Of a stretch of 64,000 bases of DNA, positions 37,210 through 46,363 are shown piece by piece. The position numbers were made by a program, and so were the translations under genes. Source of the DNA: an uncultured Methanosarcinales archaeon. GTDB taxonomy: Archaea > Nanobdellota > Nanobdellia > Woesearchaeales > JAGWAF01. The stretch covers positions 2,710-66,709 of the forward strand of contig CAYPXA010000002.1 of the NCBI GenBank assembly GCA_964414985.1, written 5' to 3'. The notes under the pieces were generated by a model. The model did not search any database, was not told the origin of the DNA, and was given only the letters and a program-made list of their open reading frames with translations. Position 1 is the first letter of the stretch; each line of letters opens with the position of its first letter.

Positions 37210-38003
37210 GCATCATCTCCATCAAGGGGGGTGTCGGCAAGACTACAACAGTCTCAAACCTGGGAGCTGTTCTTGCAAAGAAGTTCGGCAAAAAGGTGCT
37301 GATAGTTGATGCAAACTTCAGCGCGCCAAACCTTGCGCTGCATCTTGGCTTCATAAACCCTGAAGTTACGCTTGCAGACGCATTGATGGACAAGGTGGAC
37401 ATAACTGAGGCAATATACGAGCATGATTTGGGATTCCACATACTGCCGACATCGCTTGTGCACAGGAAGCTAAACCCATTCAAGCTAAGGGCAAAGCTGA
37501 ACAAGCTGAAGAGCCAGTACGATGTGATACTGATTGACTCTTCGCCAACACTTAACGAGGAGATGCTTTCAACAATCGTTGCATCAGACCAGCTTTTTGT
37601 GGTTACATCGCCGGACATTCCGACTTTGAGCTGCACAATGCACGCAATAAAGGTTGCAAAGAGGAAGAAAACCCCAGTTGCAGGAATGATAATCAACAAG
37701 GTAAGGAATAAGAACTTTGAGCTCAAGGCGCAGGACATCCAGGACAGCACAGGCGTTCCTGTAGTCGCAATAGTGCCTGACGATGTTAAAGTGCTCCACG
37801 CCCTTGCAATGTCGACGCCTGCATCTGTATTCACTCCGAAAAAGGATTTTGCAGTCGAGTACCACAAGCTTGCAGCATCAATTGCAGGAGAGGAATATAA
37901 TGACAGCAGGCTGATGAGTAGGCTGAAGAACTTCATTGCTCCTGAAAGCTCGCTCCAGCACATGAACAGGCAGGTGCTCAAGGAAGAGTCAAAGAAGAGG
38001 TGA
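37185..38003 (+). CDS. MinD/ParA-family P-loop ATPase
   Basis: Deviant Walker A SIKGGVGKTTT and Walker B-like VILIDSSP. A possible amphipathic C-terminal segment (LMSRLKNFI). Overlaps the upstream gene by 25 nt. Confidence 0.85.
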   Translation: MEKKGKSIGIISIKGGVGKTTTVSNLGAVLAKKFGKKVLIVDANFSAPNLALHLGFINPEVTLADALMDKVDITEAIYEHDLGFHILPTSLVHRKLNPFKLRAKLNKLKSQYDVILIDSSPTLNEEMLSTIVASDQLFVVTSPDIPTLSCTMHAIKVAKRKKTPVAGMIINKVRNKNFELKAQDIQDSTGVPVVAIVPDDVKVLHALAMSTPASVFTPKKDFAVEYHKLAASIAGEEYNDSRLMSRLKNFIAPESSLQHMNRQVLKEESKKR

Positions 38004-38302
38004 TTTGCTTGGCAAGCAGGCTGAAAGAGGTTGTTGACCTTCTTGAATACGAAGAGCTCTTGAAGGTGAAGAATGACCTTAACAAGGGAGGCAACGGAGT
38101 CAGGATACTGATAGACAACAGGCTCAAGGAGGAAACCAAAAAGAGGAATGAGTTCTGCGCTGTCTGCGCTTCAAAGATAGACTCATCAAGCGAAACAAGG
38201 TTTTCAATGACAATCGGGCCTGAAGACTTTGAGAGGAAGGTTTCGTTCTGCGCAATGGACTGCCTGCAGTATTTCCTTGAGGAGATGAAGAAGAGGGACT
38301 GA
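38000..38302 (+). CDS. Small protein (100 aa) with a TRASH/YHS-like CxxC...CxxxC motif
   Basis: The GTG start overlaps the MinD stop (GTGA). Motifs CAVC and FCAMDCLQYF. Confidence 0.55.
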   Translation: MICLASRLKEVVDLLEYEELLKVKNDLNKGGNGVRILIDNRLKEETKKRNEFCAVCASKIDSSSETRFSMTIGPEDFERKVSFCAMDCLQYFLEEMKKRD

Positions 38303-38382
38303 CTCATGCACTGGTGGCATGATGTTCATAACAACCCAAGATGATTCAGGAAAATCAGCAAAATCAGTAAATCAGTAAAAAA

Positions 38383-41058
38383 ATGCTGGACACAGAGGAA
38401 TACTGGGCAGAGGATGCTGGAGAGCTGATAAGGCAGCTGCGCACTTCAGAAAATGGAATTTCAGAGCCTGAAGCAGCCAAAAGGCTCAAAATATACGGCC
38501 CTAACGAGATAAAAGAAGAGAAAAAAACGCCAAAATGGGCAATCTTTCTTAGGCAGTTCAACAGCTTCATAATTTACATACTGATAGCTGCTGTAATCAT
38601 TTCTGCTGCAGTGCCTGCATTTGAGAAAGGGATTGGCGGGCTTTCTGCAGAGGATATAATAGACCCTGCTGCAATCTTCATTATACTGATTCTGAACGCA
38701 GCAATGGGCTTTGTGCAGGAGTACAGGGCTGAAAAAGCGATTGAGGCGCTGAAAAAGCTTGCCTCGCTCAAGGCAGTTGTAGTAAGGGATGGAAAAGAGA
38801 AGGAAATTGATTCTTCATATGTTGTTCCTGGAGATATAATATCCCTTTCAGTCGGCCAGAAGGTTCCTGCAGACTGCAGGATAATATCCATAAGCGGTCT
38901 TGAAACACAGGAGTCTGCGCTTACAGGCGAATCAACTCCTGTGCAGAAGTCTGCTGAAGCATTAAGCTCAAAAGCAGGAAAAGTGCTTGCACAAAGGATA
39001 AACACTGCTTTTGCAGGCACAATTGTAACAAAAGGAAGGGCTCATGCTGTTGCAGCAGGCACAGGCATGAAGACTGAAATAGGCAGGATTGCAAGGCAGA
39101 TTCAGGAAGCAGGCTCAAAAACAACTCCTCTTCAGAAAAAGCTTGCATCGCTTGGAAGAAATTTAGGGGTTATCACAATAATAATATGCATTGCAGTAGT
39201 TGCAGGCGGAATAGCAAAAGGCGGAAGCTGGCCTGAATGGCTTATGATAGGAATCAGCCTTGCAGTCGCAGCAATACCTGAAGGGCTTCCTGCAGTAGTC
39301 ACGATAAGCCTTGCTTTGGGAGTCCAGAAAATGGCAAGGAAGCATGCGCTGGTAAGAAAGCTTGCTTCTGTCCAGACTCTCGGAGCAACGACTGCAATAT
39401 GCACTGATAAGACAGGCACTCTTACAAAAAATGAGATGACTGTAAGAAGCGCATATGTCTGCGGAAAAATAATTGATGCTACAGGCAGCGGCTACATTGA
39501 AAAAGGCGAATTTCTCCACGATGGAAAAAAGTATTCTGGAGTTGAGCTTGAAACACTTCTTGAGATAGGCGCAGCATGCAACAACTCATCAATCAGCGGA
39601 AAAAAGGTTATTGGCGACCCTACAGAAGCCTGCCTTATTGTTTCTGCGAAAAAAGCAGGCCTTAATCCTGAAATGATTGCAAAAACCCACAAGAGGCTTG
39701 GCGAGATTGAATTTACAAGCGAAAGGAAGATGATGTCCATCCTTGTGGAAAAAAGCGGGAAAAAGCTGGTGTTCTCAAAAGGCGCTCCTGAAATCCTTGT
39801 TAAAAAATGCTCAAAAATACTTGAAGACGGAAAAGAAAGGGAAATCTCAAAAAATGACATAAAGAAAATTCTTGAAGCCAACAGGATGTTTGCTGAAAAA
39901 GCGCTTAGGGTGCTTGCATTTGCATACAAAAAATCAGCAAAGCTCGACGAAAAAGGGCTTGTGTTTGCAGGCCTGCAGGCAATGATGGACCCGCCAAGGC
40001 CTGAAGCAAAGGCAGCTGTAAAGAAATGCGAAAGCGCAGGCATAAGGGTGATAATGATTACTGGCGATTATGAGGTTACTGCAAATGCAATTGCAAAAGA
40101 GCTTGGAATCGGAGGAGAAAGCATCAGCGGAGACAAGCTAAGGGAGATAAAAGACCTGTCAAAAATAGTTGGAAATATTTCTATATATGCAAGAGTGAAT
40201 CCTGAAGACAAGATTAGGATTGTTGAGGCGCTTAAGAAAAAAGGAGAGGTTGTTGCAATGACTGGAGACGGAGTGAATGACGCTCCTGCGCTCAAGAAGG
40301 CAGACATAGGCATTGCAATGGGCAGAACAGGGACAGATGTTGCAAAGGAAGCATCAGACATGGTGCTTACAGACGACAATTTTGCATCAATCGTAGGCGC
40401 TGTTGAGGAGGGCAGGGCGATATTCGACAACATAAAAAAATTCGTCAACTACCTGCTGTCTTCAAATATGGGTGAGGTGCTTATACTTTTTACTGCAATG
40501 ATTATAGGTTTTACTTATGAAGGCGTGCCTGTTCTGCCGATAGCTGCAATACAGATATTGTGGCTTAACCTGATAACAGACGGCCTGCCTGCGCTTGCTC
40601 TTGGAATTGACCCTGCCAGCCCAGGAATCATGAAAAGGCCTCCAAGAAGCCCGAAATCAGGTATAATCTCAAAAAGCATGATGCTTAACATTGCACTTAT
40701 CGGAATACTGATGGCTGCAGCAGTCATCTCGCTGTTTAGCTTCTACCTTCCGCAGGGCCTTGCAAAGGCGCAGACAATTGCATTCACTTCTATTGTAATG
40801 CTTGAGTTTGCGAGGGTCTACATTGTAAGGGAAGGATACGGCCTCGGGTTTTTCAGCAATATCTACCTTCTTGGAGCAATAGCTGCGTCGCTTGGGCTTC
40901 AGGCGCTTGTGATTTACACTCCTGCCAGTGCAGTGTTCAGGACTATTCCTTTAAGCATTGCAGAATGGGGAGTGATTGCAGCAGTTACTGCTTCTGCTTT
41001 TTTCCTAGGAATGTTTATCCAGAAAATCATAAAGCTGGCAACTCATGAGATGGACTGA
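38383..41058 (+). CDS. P-type cation-transporting ATPase, type II (Ca2+/Mg2+-like)
   Basis: Motifs CTDKTGTLT, IPEGLP, MITGD and GDGVNDAPALKKA. No CPC heavy-metal motif. Confidence 0.9.
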   Translation: MLDTEEYWAEDAGELIRQLRTSENGISEPEAAKRLKIYGPNEIKEEKKTPKWAIFLRQFNSFIIYILIAAVIISAAVPAFEKGIGGLSAEDIIDPAAIFIILILNAAMGFVQEYRAEKAIEALKKLASLKAVVVRDGKEKEIDSSYVVPGDIISLSVGQKVPADCRIISISGLETQESALTGESTPVQKSAEALSSKAGKVLAQRINTAFAGTIVTKGRAHAVAAGTGMKTEIGRIARQIQEAGSKTTPLQKKLASLGRNLGVITIIICIAVVAGGIAKGGSWPEWLMIGISLAVAAIPEGLPAVVTISLALGVQKMARKHALVRKLASVQTLGATTAICTDKTGTLTKNEMTVRSAYVCGKIIDATGSGYIEKGEFLHDGKKYSGVELETLLEIGAACNNSSISGKKVIGDPTEACLIVSAKKAGLNPEMIAKTHKRLGEIEFTSERKMMSILVEKSGKKLVFSKGAPEILVKKCSKILEDGKEREISKNDIKKILEANRMFAEKALRVLAFAYKKSAKLDEKGLVFAGLQAMMDPPRPEAKAAVKKCESAGIRVIMITGDYEVTANAIAKELGIGGESISGDKLREIKDLSKIVGNISIYARVNPEDKIRIVEALKKKGEVVAMTGDGVNDAPALKKADIGIAMGRTGTDVAKEASDMVLTDDNFASIVGAVEEGRAIFDNIKKFVNYLLSSNMGEVLILFTAMIIGFTYEGVPVLPIAAIQILWLNLITDGLPALALGIDPASPGIMKRPPRSPKSGIISKSMMLNIALIGILMAAAVISLFSFYLPQGLAKAQTIAFTSIVMLEFARVYIVREGYGLGFFSNIYLLGAIAASLGLQALVIYTPASAVFRTIPLSIAEWGVIAAVTASAFFLGMFIQKIIKLATHEMD

Positions 41059-41177
41059 AAGAATAAGATAATGTGAAATAATGAGCTGGGCTGAATATCT
41101 GAATAATTGAATAATCTAAATCATGCATTTCAAGATTTAAAATCCAGTGCAAATCATTAAAAGCAGGCAAAGGATAT

Positions 41178-42944
41178 TTGAAAAAGATGGGAGCAAAAGA
41201 ATATTTTAGGGAGCTTGAAAAAGAGCTGATTTCCAGGATGCCTGACAAGGAGCAGACTGCAAGGCTTAAGGTCTCGCTGTGCAAAAAGCACGGCATGGTC
41301 CAGCCTCCAAAAGACATAGAAGTTCTTCTCAATGCAGGCAAAAAAAATATGGCTGTGCTCAAAAGCCTGCTTAAGACAAAGCCGATAAGGTCATCATCAG
41401 GAGTAAGCGTTGTTGCAGTAATGACAAAGCCGATAAAATGCCCTCATGGCGCATGCATAATGTGCTCGTCAATGGTTGATGAGGGAGTGCCTCAGTCATA
41501 CACTGGAAAGGAGCCTGCAACAAGGCGCGCTATAAGGAACAGGTTTGACCCCTACCTCCAGGTGTTCAACAGGCTTGAGCAGTATGCTGTTTTAGGCCAT
41601 GCATTTGACAAGGTTGAGCTGATAATAATGGGCGGCACATTCCCCAGCTTTCCAGAGGAGTATAAGAAAGAGTTTACAGCATTGCTTTTCAGGGCGCTTA
41701 ACGACTTTTCAAGGATGTTCTTCAGGAAGGGAGAGTTTGACTTTGCAAAATTCAAGGAATTCTTCCTCCTGCCAGGCAGGGTTGGAGATGAAAAAAGGAC
41801 TATTGAAATACATAAAAAGCTGATGAAGATTGAGGCAAATGCGCGAGCTGGAAAATCCTATTCAGAAATGCTGATTGAAGAGCAGGAGTACAATGACAGA
41901 AAGTCAATGATTAAATGCGTCGGCCTGACAATTGAAACAAGGAGCGATTATGGCAAGCTTAAGCAGGGCAATGAGCTTCTCCAGCTTGGGTGCACAAGGA
42001 TTGAGCTGGGCATACAGTCAGTCTATGAAAGCGCGCTCAAGAGGATTAAGAGGGGGCATACTGCAAAAGATAATATTGAATCCATAAGAATCCTGAAAGA
42101 TTTAGGGTTCAAGCTTAATTTCCATTACATGCCAGGGCTTCCGGGAGTAAGCCTGAAAGACGACCTCAAGGGAATGATAAGCCTTTTTGAAGACGAAAGA
42201 TACAGGCCTGACATGCTGAAGATTTACCCGTGCATGGTTGTAAGGAACTCAAAGCTTTATGACGACTGGAAAAAAGGCAGGTTCAAGCCATTGTCAACAG
42301 CAGCAGCTGCAAAGCTGATTGCCAGCTTCAAGAGGCATGTTCCTGAATACTGCAGGATAATGAGGGTGCAGAGGGACATACCAACATATGCAACTGAAGC
42401 AGGAGTCGGAATGACAAACCTAAGGCAGCTTATCCAGCGGGAGATGGCAGCAAAAGGAATAGAATGCAGGTGCATCAGGTGCAGGGAGATAGGCGCAAAA
42501 TCGCCTGGCGGAGCCCATGCAATAAAAGTCATGCATTATCCTGCATCAGGCGGAATCGAATTTTTCATATCAGCAGAAATAGGAGGGTATATTTTAGGTT
42601 TCTGCAGGCTTAGGTTTCAGTCGCAGCAGCTTAGGAAGGAGATTACTGAAAGCTCTGCACTTTTGAGGGAGCTTCATGTGTACGGGCCTGCTGTGCAGAT
42701 TGGGGGAAAAGGTTCAGTCCAGCACACAGGTGTTGGGAAAGCGCTGCTTGCAGAGGCTGAAAAAATCTGCAGGGACTACTACAAAGACAAGATTGTTGTG
42801 ATTTCAGGAGTAGGTGCAAGAGGCTATTACAGAAAGCTCGGATACAGGAATGACGGGCCTTATATGTCAAAGCATCTGTCCGGGAAAGTTAATCAGCATT
42901 TTAAGAACAAAGTTAAAAGCAAAGCCAAGAACCAACGCCCATAA
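41178..42944 (+). CDS. elp3: Elp3-type radical SAM / GNAT tRNA-modifying enzyme
   Basis: A radical-SAM region (CPHGACIMC) is followed by a GNAT-like C-terminal half (QHTGVGKALLAEAE). The true start may be the ATG at 41187. Confidence 0.8.
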   Translation: MKKMGAKEYFRELEKELISRMPDKEQTARLKVSLCKKHGMVQPPKDIEVLLNAGKKNMAVLKSLLKTKPIRSSSGVSVVAVMTKPIKCPHGACIMCSSMVDEGVPQSYTGKEPATRRAIRNRFDPYLQVFNRLEQYAVLGHAFDKVELIIMGGTFPSFPEEYKKEFTALLFRALNDFSRMFFRKGEFDFAKFKEFFLLPGRVGDEKRTIEIHKKLMKIEANARAGKSYSEMLIEEQEYNDRKSMIKCVGLTIETRSDYGKLKQGNELLQLGCTRIELGIQSVYESALKRIKRGHTAKDNIESIRILKDLGFKLNFHYMPGLPGVSLKDDLKGMISLFEDERYRPDMLKIYPCMVVRNSKLYDDWKKGRFKPLSTAAAAKLIASFKRHVPEYCRIMRVQRDIPTYATEAGVGMTNLRQLIQREMAAKGIECRCIRCREIGAKSPGGAHAIKVMHYPASGGIEFFISAEIGGYILGFCRLRFQSQQLRKEITESSALLRELHVYGPAVQIGGKGSVQHTGVGKALLAEAEKICRDYYKDKIVVISGVGARGYYRKLGYRNDGPYMSKHLSGKVNQHFKNKVKSKAKNQRP

Positions 42945-42991
42945 TCTTCAAAATCAATAAACCCAATTTTAATGTTTTTAGGATTTTTGGA

Positions 42992-44182
42992 TTACTTCCT
43001 TTTTTGCTTGTTTGCCTCAATCAGCTTCTTCAGCTTGGGGTTTCTTATGTCAAAAACACTGAAAAGCCTGCTGACATTCTGCTTTGTAACCTCTACAAAA
43101 GGGCAGGTTGCCTCATAGACTTTTGAAACAGGCACTCCAGCCCTGCTGATCTGTCCTGCAGCCTGCTCAAGAACCTCATTGTCCCTTGAGCAGAACCTTA
43201 CAGCCCCCCTTGCATTGTGCGGAGTTCCTTTGATTGAAATGAATCCGCTCATAAAAGGAATGTAGGCATGCTCGCCAAGCACTATTTTGGGAAAATGCTT
43301 GCCGCTGTTCCTGGTTTGCGCATTTGGAAATCCCAGGTCATAGGCAAGCCATGACGCAACTGCCATTGAGCTTATCACAATTGAAGGCAGTGAATATGTC
43401 GAGTCCCTGTATCTTGTGGGCCTATTCTCATTGAAGCAGCTGTCTGAAACATTGAAGCATGAGTCGATTGTAAGCTGAAGCCCGTTCTCGAATAAAGGAA
43501 CATCTTTCTTGTCTCCCCTGATAAACAGCCTGCACGGGTGCTTTGCAGTTTTTGCTCCTGAAATAAATGCTCCGCCATATATTATGCCCAGCGCAAAATT
43601 AACTTCATCAGCAAGCCTTTGGCTGCTTGTGTTTGGCATTGGAGTAGGTATTCTGACGCTCTCCCTGAAATCAGTCTCTGAAGGTACAAAACTCTTCCAG
43701 TACTCCCTTGCTTCATAAAAATTGCCTGAATAGTTGCCTGATGTCTCCCTGAGAATTTGTATGCTGCTGACATGCATGCCGTATTTTTCAGACTTGAATT
43801 TTGCCTCGTCTCCGAACATTTCAGAAAGGCACCTTGTGTTTCTTGTCCTGTAATTTTTTGAAGTTTCAGGGCTCCATGTTTCTGAAAAAAGGAGCATCGC
43901 AAGCTCAGGCCCTGAAAAATCATTGATTTTGCAGTGCTTGAAAATCTTTGCAGCCTTCATTATGCCTGTTGCAAGATTTGTCCCTCCTGAAACATCGCAG
44001 TCTCCCAAAGTGTCTATGCAGTCTGAATTGAGCCCTCGTGAAAGAAGCGCTTTTCTTACTTCATTTGCCCTGAAAGAATTGTACAGGTCAAAGCTGGTAT
44101 AATCTGAGTTGGAATCTCCGACAATCTCATTTTTGCAGATGGGAATATAGCTGCTTCCAGAATTATCTAAAGGCTCTGCCAT
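42992..44182 (-). CDS. Hypothetical protein with two degenerate LAGLIDADG-like motifs
   Basis: FALGIIYGGAF and FMSGFISIKG lie about 118 aa apart, each followed by a strand-then-helix pattern. The catalytic acidic residues are absent. ATG at 44182 (the track start is the GTG at 44191). Confidence 0.4.
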   Translation of the reverse strand: MAEPLDNSGSSYIPICKNEIVGDSNSDYTSFDLYNSFRANEVRKALLSRGLNSDCIDTLGDCDVSGGTNLATGIMKAAKIFKHCKINDFSGPELAMLLFSETWSPETSKNYRTRNTRCLSEMFGDEAKFKSEKYGMHVSSIQILRETSGNYSGNFYEAREYWKSFVPSETDFRESVRIPTPMPNTSSQRLADEVNFALGIIYGGAFISGAKTAKHPCRLFIRGDKKDVPLFENGLQLTIDSCFNVSDSCFNENRPTRYRDSTYSLPSIVISSMAVASWLAYDLGFPNAQTRNSGKHFPKIVLGEHAYIPFMSGFISIKGTPHNARGAVRFCSRDNEVLEQAAGQISRAGVPVSKVYEATCPFVEVTKQNVSRLFSVFDIRNPKLKKLIEANKQKRK

Positions 44183-44267
44183 TTTCTTCACTCAAGCATG
44201 AGTCAGGATTAGGCAATTTAAAAAGCTTCGGCATATATTTAAATAGAAAGCAGGACATATCATTTTT

Positions 44268-45218
44268 ATGCCAAAGATAATGCCAAATGCTGCTGAAATA
44301 GAATTCAAGAAGGGCTTCATCGACAGGTACAGCAGGATTACAGACTTTGAAAAGTTCAAGGAGTACTCAACTTCATTCTTAAGAAGGTCGATAAGGGTCA
44401 ACACCCTCAAGATTTCAGTTGAAGAGCTGAAGAAGAGGATTGAAAAAGACTGGAAGCTCGAGCAGGTTCCGTGGTGCAGCGAGGGCTTTTGGATTGAGCA
44501 CAGGACTGAAGACCGAAGGGACATAGGAAACCTCATCGAGCACTGCCTGGGCTATTTTTACGTTCAGGAAGCTGCAAGCATGATACCTCCAGTTGTGCTT
44601 GGCCCAAAGCCTGGAGAAGCAGTGCTGGACATGTGCGCATCTCCAGGAAGCAAGGCATCCCAGATTGCGCAGTACATGCAGAATAAAGGAGTTATTGTTG
44701 CAAACGACTACAAAGGCATAAGGCTTGCTCCTCTTGGAATAAACATGCAGAGGATGGGAGTGTCAAACTGCGTGCTTTCGCTCATGCACGGCCAGTGGTT
44801 TGCAAGGGCTGGAATTGAATTTGACAGGATACTTCTTGATGCACCCTGCTCTGGAACAGGTACTATAAGGAAGAGCATAAAAACCTTAAGGATATGGAAT
44901 CCTGGAATGGTCAGGAAGATTTCGTTCGAGCAGAAAAGGCTGCTGGAGTCTGCATTTGCAGTGCTCAAGAAAGGAGGCACTCTTGTCTATTCAACATGCT
45001 CGCTTGAGCCTGAAGAGGATGAGGGAGTGATAAGCTGGCTGCTTAACTCTCACGCTGATGCAAAAATCGAGGATATCACTCTTGAAATCAATCGGGGAAA
45101 GCCGGTCATGGAGTTTGACGGAGAGAAATACAATCCTGGAGTAGGCAAGTGCCTCAGGATTTGGCCGCAGGACAATGACACTGAAGGGTTTTTTGTTGCA
45201 AAGATAACTAAAATTTAA
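44268..45218 (+). CDS. NOL1/NOP2/Sun-family RNA cytosine-C5 methyltransferase
   Basis: Motifs FYVQEAASM, DMCASPGSK, DAPCSGTG and YSTCS. Confidence 0.85.
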   Translation: MPKIMPNAAEIEFKKGFIDRYSRITDFEKFKEYSTSFLRRSIRVNTLKISVEELKKRIEKDWKLEQVPWCSEGFWIEHRTEDRRDIGNLIEHCLGYFYVQEAASMIPPVVLGPKPGEAVLDMCASPGSKASQIAQYMQNKGVIVANDYKGIRLAPLGINMQRMGVSNCVLSLMHGQWFARAGIEFDRILLDAPCSGTGTIRKSIKTLRIWNPGMVRKISFEQKRLLESAFAVLKKGGTLVYSTCSLEPEEDEGVISWLLNSHADAKIEDITLEINRGKPVMEFDGEKYNPGVGKCLRIWPQDNDTEGFFVAKITKI

Positions 45219-45240
45219 GGTTTATTCAGAATTCTTATAA

Positions 45241-45487
45241 TTATTGCCGCCCAGCGCAGTACTCCATTTGGACATTATTCAAAAGGTGACTCCTGCAAAG
45301 AAGCGGTTCAATAAGCAACACGAAGCGCGGCAATGATGCATTGCAGTGGTGTTTTGCATTGCAACGATTTGCCTTGCTCCAAAACTCCCTCTGTTATTTT
45401 TGAGAGTTCTGCGTTCCCGTAGGGAGCATCCCCTCGCGACGAACTCGCACAAGAAGAAGGTTTGAGTTTTGGCCTTAAGCAAGGCAA
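45241..45487 (+). mobile_element. MITE-like repeat copy B: module 1 (45241-45333) plus module 2 (45367-45487)
   Basis: Near-identical to copy A over both modules. Lies between convergent genes. Confidence 0.75.
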
Positions 45488-45548
45488 TGTCTTTAATTTA
45501 GCAATATTCCTAATCTGAAAAAACCATCTAAGAATCAAATCTAAAAAA

Positions 45549-46298
45549 TTACTTCTTTGCTGCTGCTGGTGCAGCTGCTGCTGCAGCGCCGGTTGCAGCC
45601 TTTGCTTCAGCAGGCAGAAGCTCCTGGATAATCTGCTCTGGAATCTTGAGCTCGTGCAGCTTGTTCTTGATTGCGCTCTTCTCCCTTCCAGCCATCTCTG
45701 CAATGACTCTCTTGGCTGTAGCTTCGAACTCTGCCCTTCTCTTCTCAATATCTTCCTGCAGCCTCTTCTTCTCTGCCTCAAGCTGCTTCAGCTCCTCTGC
45801 TGTCAGCTCTGTCTTTCCGGACTTTATCTCCTTGTCATACTTGCCTGCATTGATATCTTCAATAGTTTCAAATGCAGCTTTGCCCTCGACCATGACGCCC
45901 ATGCTGTTGCATGTGCCGCATACTTCCTTGACTTTTGCGAAAGTGTCCTTTCCGAGAAGCGCGTCTGACTTCATCTTTGCAATCTTGATGACCTGCTCAA
46001 TCTTGAGGTCTGCAATCTTGTCTGCAAGAGGATTGCCTGAACCCTTCTGGATTCCTGCCTCCTTCTTGATAAGCGCAGATGATGGAGGAGTTCCAACAGT
46101 AATCGAGAATTCTTTTGTTTCAGTGTCGACTGTTACCTTTACAGGAACCTTCATTCCCTTGAAATCAGCTGTTTTCTTGTTTATTTCAGTAACAACCTGG
46201 CCTATATTGACTCCCATTGGCCCTAAAGCAGGTCCTAGCGGCGGAGCTGCTGTTGCCTTTCCGCCTTCAACAAGCTGTTCAATAGTCTGTTTTGCCAT
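45549..46298 (-). CDS. rpl11: Ribosomal protein uL11 with a roughly 85-aa C-terminal extension
   Basis: [25 protein letters not shown]...KGSGNP is a canonical L11 core. It is followed by a coiled-coil-like, Ala/Pro-rich tail. Confidence 0.85.
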   Translation of the reverse strand: MAKQTIEQLVEGGKATAAPPLGPALGPMGVNIGQVVTEINKKTADFKGMKVPVKVTVDTETKEFSITVGTPPSSALIKKEAGIQKGSGNPLADKIADLKIEQVIKIAKMKSDALLGKDTFAKVKEVCGTCNSMGVMVEGKAAFETIEDINAGKYDKEIKSGKTELTAEELKQLEAEKKRLQEDIEKRRAEFEATAKRVIAEMAGREKSAIKNKLHELKIPEQIIQELLPAEAKAATGAAAAAAPAAAKK

Positions 46299-46363
46299 TT
46301 TTTGACCTTAATGCAGTTACGGAAATTCAGTTGATTTAAAAAACTTCGTTTTTTATCAGGGCA

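Noticed and set aside
37088-37981. 297-aa minus-strand ORF
   Set aside because: It is antisense to the MinD/ParA gene, which has an unambiguous Walker A (KGGVGKT). The antisense product is low-complexity with no motifs.
44183-44195. Shared motif GAGTGAAGA(AAATG) at three promoter-proximal sites (also 55155-55166 and 62868-62876), considered as a novel initiator element
   Set aside because: In two cases it sits 5 nt before the ATG and is adequately explained as a Shine-Dalgarno variant (GAGGTGA-like). The third occurrence has no adjacent start, and three short matches are within chance.
45646-46305. 219-aa plus-strand ORF
   Set aside because: It is antisense to uL11, whose sequence is canonical. 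The ORF is Ser/Phe-rich low complexity.
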